Below are positions 59,174 through 64,000 of a DNA stretch of 64,000 nucleotides, one piece after another. The stretch lies in NCBI GenBank assembly GCA_964188305.1, contig OZ076886.1; one strand, written 5' to 3'. The notes beneath the pieces were generated by a model that saw nothing but the letters and a program-made list of their open reading frames with translations, was not told the origin of the DNA and ran no database searches. The translations under genes were made by a program, and so were the position numbers. The DNA is from Podarcis bocagei. Taxonomy: Eukaryota. Numbering within the stretch: the first letter of the stretch is position 1; each line of letters starts with the position of its first letter.

Positions 59174-60121
59174 CTGATTAAATAATAACAAACCAGTCTG
59201 ATAAACACGTTTACAATGACAAATGTCGAGTGCAATTTATTCCACAATAAGACAGTTCTTTCATCTACCATAACTGATCAGCAAACCAGCATATTTAGTA
59301 CAGATTTCTCTTATACATTTTAGTTACTTTAGGCTGTAAAGTAAAGTATTACAATAATGGAGCAAATATATGGTTTTTATACTCCTTTTGCAAAAGAGTT
59401 AGGATTTGAGTGAATTTCATCAAACATTTCTTTATTTGACCTGCCTATTAGAAGAGTACGTATTTAAGAAGCCAAATACCTGAACTCAATACATTATTAT
59501 ACTAATGCCAGAAGAACCACACATTGATGGAAACCCAAAAATGGAAAACCAGGACTCTACCTAACAGCTGCAAAGAGGTAGGAAGACTATGTGACTGGCA
59601 CTTGTGGGCAAGAAGAGGATGCTTAGCCCTTCCTACATTTGTCATATCACAAGTAAGGGCAGCAAGTGAATGAGTTTAGCAGTACCCCTGAAATGTCAAA
59701 TTGTGCCCTCCACCTGCCACTTATGCAGCTGTTTGGCAGAGACCCAGATTTCCAGACAGGCTGCAGCAGTGAGTGTCCCGCATTTCTGCTCCTACTAACT
59801 AGAAATAAGCCTGTTACTGTTGGTTTGTCTGTCTTTTTACAGTTAATTTTGATTAGCTACCTTAAGCAAAATGTTCTCCATTTGGTATGGAGTATAGTAG
59901 CCTCCTGTTTTAAAAACTGGGGGGAGCAATTCCCAAGGTTTACAAGCCAAGCTTCAGCTTGACTAAGGGTCGTTTCACCCATGAACACCCTGCTCAGAGA
60001 AGAATGTACTTCTCCCAAGGCTTCAGAGATTCAGGCACCAACAATACGGGCATCTGCTGGACTTATACAAAGCCATGAAATATTTTCTGGTAATCAAAAG
60101 ACTAGTGTTTCATTATGGATT

Positions 60122-60194
60122 GAATCATAGAATCATAGAATCATAGAGTTGGAAGAGACCACAAGGGCCATCGAGTCCAACCCCCTGCCAAGCA
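60122..60194 (-). mobile_element. Very short CR1 3' end insertion, same young subfamily as 13186-14659
   Basis: Reverse complement matches the last ~73 nt of the nested CR1 with 1 mismatch; flanked by TGGATT at 60116-60121 and 60196-60201. Confidence 0.9.
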
Positions 60195-61429
60195 TTGGAT
60201 TTTCACTGTATGTGAATGTTAATTATATTTTTGGTATATGGTGTCATCGTAAGACATATGGACCAAAATGTTAGAAAGGCAAGCTAGATATATGTAATTG
60301 GACAATTTACATAATTTTCATGTGGGAAATTTCATGTACCCTATATATACCCTATCACACTTAGCAAATGTTTCTGTTTCATCACATGTATATATCACAG
60401 AAAAAGCTAAAGCTTCTCATGATGGAGAAACAGACATGGTGTGCATCACATACCGTGAGGTACATGCAAGCAATTTCCTACATGGAATTTATATTCATGT
60501 AGAAAGTTATGACATTTATGAAGCAGTTCTAACATTAGTTTTTAAAAGATATTTGTAAGTATCATTTGAAGGATAGAATTTATATTAACATTATATTGTT
60601 TTTCTTCACTGTATAGTTTATTGTAACTTGATATGTTTTCTGCTCTTTTAAGGCTCCATTTGGGAAGGCAGCATCTGAGTTTTTAAATGTATTATTTTGA
60701 ATAAATAATAATATTTATTATTATTATATTTTGTATCAGCAGGTAGTGTTACTTTCTTAATTTGTACATTTGGCTTCGTGTTTGTTGAGTTACAGTTACT
60801 TTTTCCACCAAACAGTTTTCATGCACATAGTAAAGACCAGTGAGGAAGACCAATATCAAAATATCTTTGAGTCTTGGGATAGTTTGCAAGTTTTATTTGT
60901 TTTGCTTCTTGACATTCCAGTGATCTGTGATATCTTATGAGCTACATCTGTTCAGTTATTTTGCTAATATACACTGTTTGCATTTGTATGCTTTTGCTTT
61001 GGTTATAAATAGCATTGTTTGTTTTTAATTGTCATTAGATTCCATTAAATTATATTTGGTGGAATTCAACACTGTTCTATTCCATCTGTGTAAGCATTTC
61101 AGCTTGCCAGATAGAACAATCCCCCTCTCCTCTTTCTGCTGTTTTGGGGGCTCTCCTGACTGATTTGAGCCAATTTTGAGGGGTACACAGGGAAAGGGGG
61201 GAGTCCCATTGTGCAAGCAGGAGTCCTTGTGCATGACTTCTGCTGAAGGGGCTTCTTAGGTGAATCCTGCCCTTCTCTCTCTCTCTGTTTCTCTCTCTGT
61301 GTGTGTTTACATTAGTTTGCAACTATTTTTTGAACCCAATCTTTTTATCAAGACTTCAGATTGTTGGGATTTATTTCCTTTTTTGTGATGGCCAACCCTT
61401 GCTTATCCCCTGGATTCAAAATTGAGAAG

Positions 61430-61800
61430 CATACTGCCTCTAAATATGGTGTCATTTAGGGCAGCTAGCGTGGCTATTCACAGCTGTTCACAGACCAACC
61501 TTCATGAATTAGGATAATTTGTTGCATTTATATATTGTATCTTCAAGGAGCTCAGGGTGCCCACAATCATCCAACAGAATGAAAACAGAAAGGTGCCCAG
61601 GTTCAGCCAGTAAGCTTCACAGCTGAGCAGGGATCTAAACCTCAGTTTCCCTTGTCCGAGCTTACAGCACTGCAGTGGCTGTAAGCAAGAAGCATTGAAG
61701 CAAATATTATGGCAGTGAATTCCAAAAGTTAAATGTGTGAAGAAGCATTTCCTTTTGTCAGTCCTGAATTTACTGCAACATCAGCTTTACTGGATGCAAT
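61430..61800 (-). mobile_element. Old CR1 fragment apparently interrupted by a MIR-like SINE remnant
   Basis: agaagcatactgcctc... and ggcagtgaattccaaaagtt...gtcctgaat CR1-like pieces surround caaggagctcagggtg...ctgagcagggatctaaacc. Confidence 0.4.
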
Positions 61801-64000
61801 CACTCTTCATTCACACCATTAAAATGTATAATGAGATCAGGTTGCTCCAAAATAAACATAAAAAATAACTGAAAAAAGATCAAGCTCCCACCTCTATTTA
61901 CTACCAAAAAAATTAAAGCACCAACTGTACTATTTGCAACCGATTAATTCCATGAGAATTTTGTCTGGATGTTAAAAATAAATAAACTTGTATTTTGTTG
62001 TAAATAAATAGGAGGTAAAAACAAAGCTTTTAAAAATATTTTTAAAAGCCCTGTCTCCATATGCAAAAACAATTCTCAAGTCCTTAAGGTCTAAAAGTTA
62101 GAATTACTTGTTGCAAAAAATGAAAACTCCCAAATATAATGGACACAGCTGCTGAACTGTTCTTAAGTTTTGCCAGAGTTTTGCAATTCCACCACCATCA
62201 AAAAGTTCTATAAAACAAACAAAAACCTTTCCCTGGGAGTTGACGATGAGTTCGCTATGTATTTGGACATCCACTGACATAGCCTTGTGCATTCTGTGCA
62301 GAATTTTTAACAGCACGTTCATTGTGCTATAGCAGTACAAGAAATACTATCTTCTTGCTTGAATCTCATCTTCCTCTGACCTGAAGGACTTACACAGCAA
62401 TCCACGTTGCAGCTGGGGTGGTAGTGAACCAATGGATTCACTGCCACATCCACAGCCCTGCTGGCCAGGGTAGAAGCCGAAGGGCTATAATTTTCCACTT
62501 TGTTTTGCTAGCTCCAGGAAACAGGCCTGCTTTGGATCCAGCAGATCCATCACCAACGCTATCCCAGCTTGTGCACAGTGTTCTGTTTCAGGGTCTTACA
62601 AGAGTAAATGCTGGTAGAAACACCTTAGGCAGTTGAATGCACTCCACTGTACTTTCAGCAGGCACAGTGGGGGCCTCATCCTCACCAGCAAAGATATCTC
62701 TACCACACCCAAACCCCCTCTAACCACTGGTGGACCTTGGCGTCTCAAATTTCAGTGGCACCCTGTGCAATGCCAAAATCTAGCCACCCACCTCCCACTC
62801 TACCTTAGAGCAATAGTGGTGGAGCTTGCTCCTGCGCCCCAAAAGTTACGTGCCCAGTGCGACCACCCCCATAGAGCTACCTCTCCTCTAACATTGCCTC
62901 CTCTAGTGGTGCCAGGACTCTGGAGGACCTTGCCCCAGGGAACCTGGCTGATTCCTCTCTGGTGGCATTTAGATGCCAGGTAAAGGCAATTTTATTCAAG
63001 CTTATAATTTGTCTGAATTTTGAGCTGAAGCTTTTTGTAAATTTCCTTTCTTCTTAACTGCTGTTTGCTTTTTGTTTCCAATTTTGATTTTTTTGAAAAT
63101 TATGTTGATTTTAAGCTGCTTTGGGCATCCTGTTATACATGATGGAAAGACAAGTGGAATACAAGTATAAATATATGCTCCAAAATGTCTTCTATTAGCC
63201 CTTCTGAATACATGCACAATTCCATGTTCTTTGTGCTTACATATGAGTAAGTTTTATACCACTAATACTCACTTCTCTAAGCCAAAGTGCCAAAATTGCA
63301 GAATGCCTTTTTTTAAGGGGGGGGCTACAAGCCCACTCAACCTTGTGTACACAAAGAACACTGGTTCAGTTTTAACTGAAGCAATTCCAACTCTTGCATT
63401 CATCAAAATGTTGATTACACCAAATAGTTATTCAAATCAAATCTGGCAGCTTGTGATACGACAGACAATGGCCGTTTTGCACGGGGGTTATGTTCCTAAC
63501 CTGTGCCCATCAGCAGAGCCCTGTTACATCTCCGACCCCCCTTTTCCGGCCACTTCCAGGTTGCAATGATGCACGTGTGTGCAGCTACACACATACTGAA
63601 CAAGCATAAAATGCTCGTTGCCTGTATACATCTTTTGGGGATACATTTTTTGGGTATAAAAAAGAAACCTTTAAACACAAACACCCCACATCTCTGTATC
63701 AATGAACTCACAACATTTGAAAAATTATTTGTGAGTTTTAAATATTTTACAAATGGTACTCTTTCCAAATGTCTTTGTGGCAACAAACCAGCAGTTAATA
63801 AATTGCCTTTTTCCCTCAGGGTTTGAACACTTGGACAATTTCCTCCTCTTAAATATTATTTGATTCCCCTGTTGCTGCTTTTAAAAATATTTCCTGCAGA
63901 AGAATCTGGATATTTGCTTTTATACTTTAATGGCAAAGAACATTTGAGATCCTTGGCTATAAAATATCCCACAACTCAAACCCCACTGCACTGGGATTTA

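Noticed and set aside
63820-63870. Possible next upstream DPYSL3 exon (LLIKGGRIVNDD)
   Set aside because: Only a superficial GGAGGAAATTGTC match on the minus strand. Frame and splice sites do not fit, so that exon lies beyond the window.

Overview
This is eukaryotic DNA from a squamate reptile, probably a lacertid lizard. The taxon is inferred from the repeats: Sauria SINE, Bov-B, CR1 with an (ATTCTATG)n tail, and palindromic hAT and Tigger-like MITEs. The window holds the 3' parts of two convergent intron-containing genes. STK32A (YANK1 Ser/Thr kinase) is on the + strand with 8 coding exons at 9920-34476. DPYSL3 (CRMP4) is on the - strand with 12 coding exons at 59173-43573. The 5' exons of both lie outside the window, and all 20 exons have GT-AG boundaries and join in frame. 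The rest is intron or intergenic sequence with many transposable elements, several with readable target-site duplications (TSDs). No rRNA, tRNA, CRISPR or prokaryotic system is present, and most short ORFs in the track are noise. Best candidate for something undescribed: a young RTE-X-like LINE, itself interrupted by a young CR1, sits in sense orientation in an STK32A intron. It lies in frame with about 232 stop-free codons of host intron that contain a strong phase-1 acceptor matching the upstream kinase exon, so a kinase-reverse transcriptase chimeric terminal exon is possible. Other leads are two look-alike candidate micro-exons, duplicated splice donors at two DPYSL3 exons, a hAT MITE whose TSD duplicates a likely branch point, a 37-bp-arm hairpin, and a promoter-like segment between direct repeats. 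All of these are sequence-based hypotheses that need RNA-seq or comparative data.
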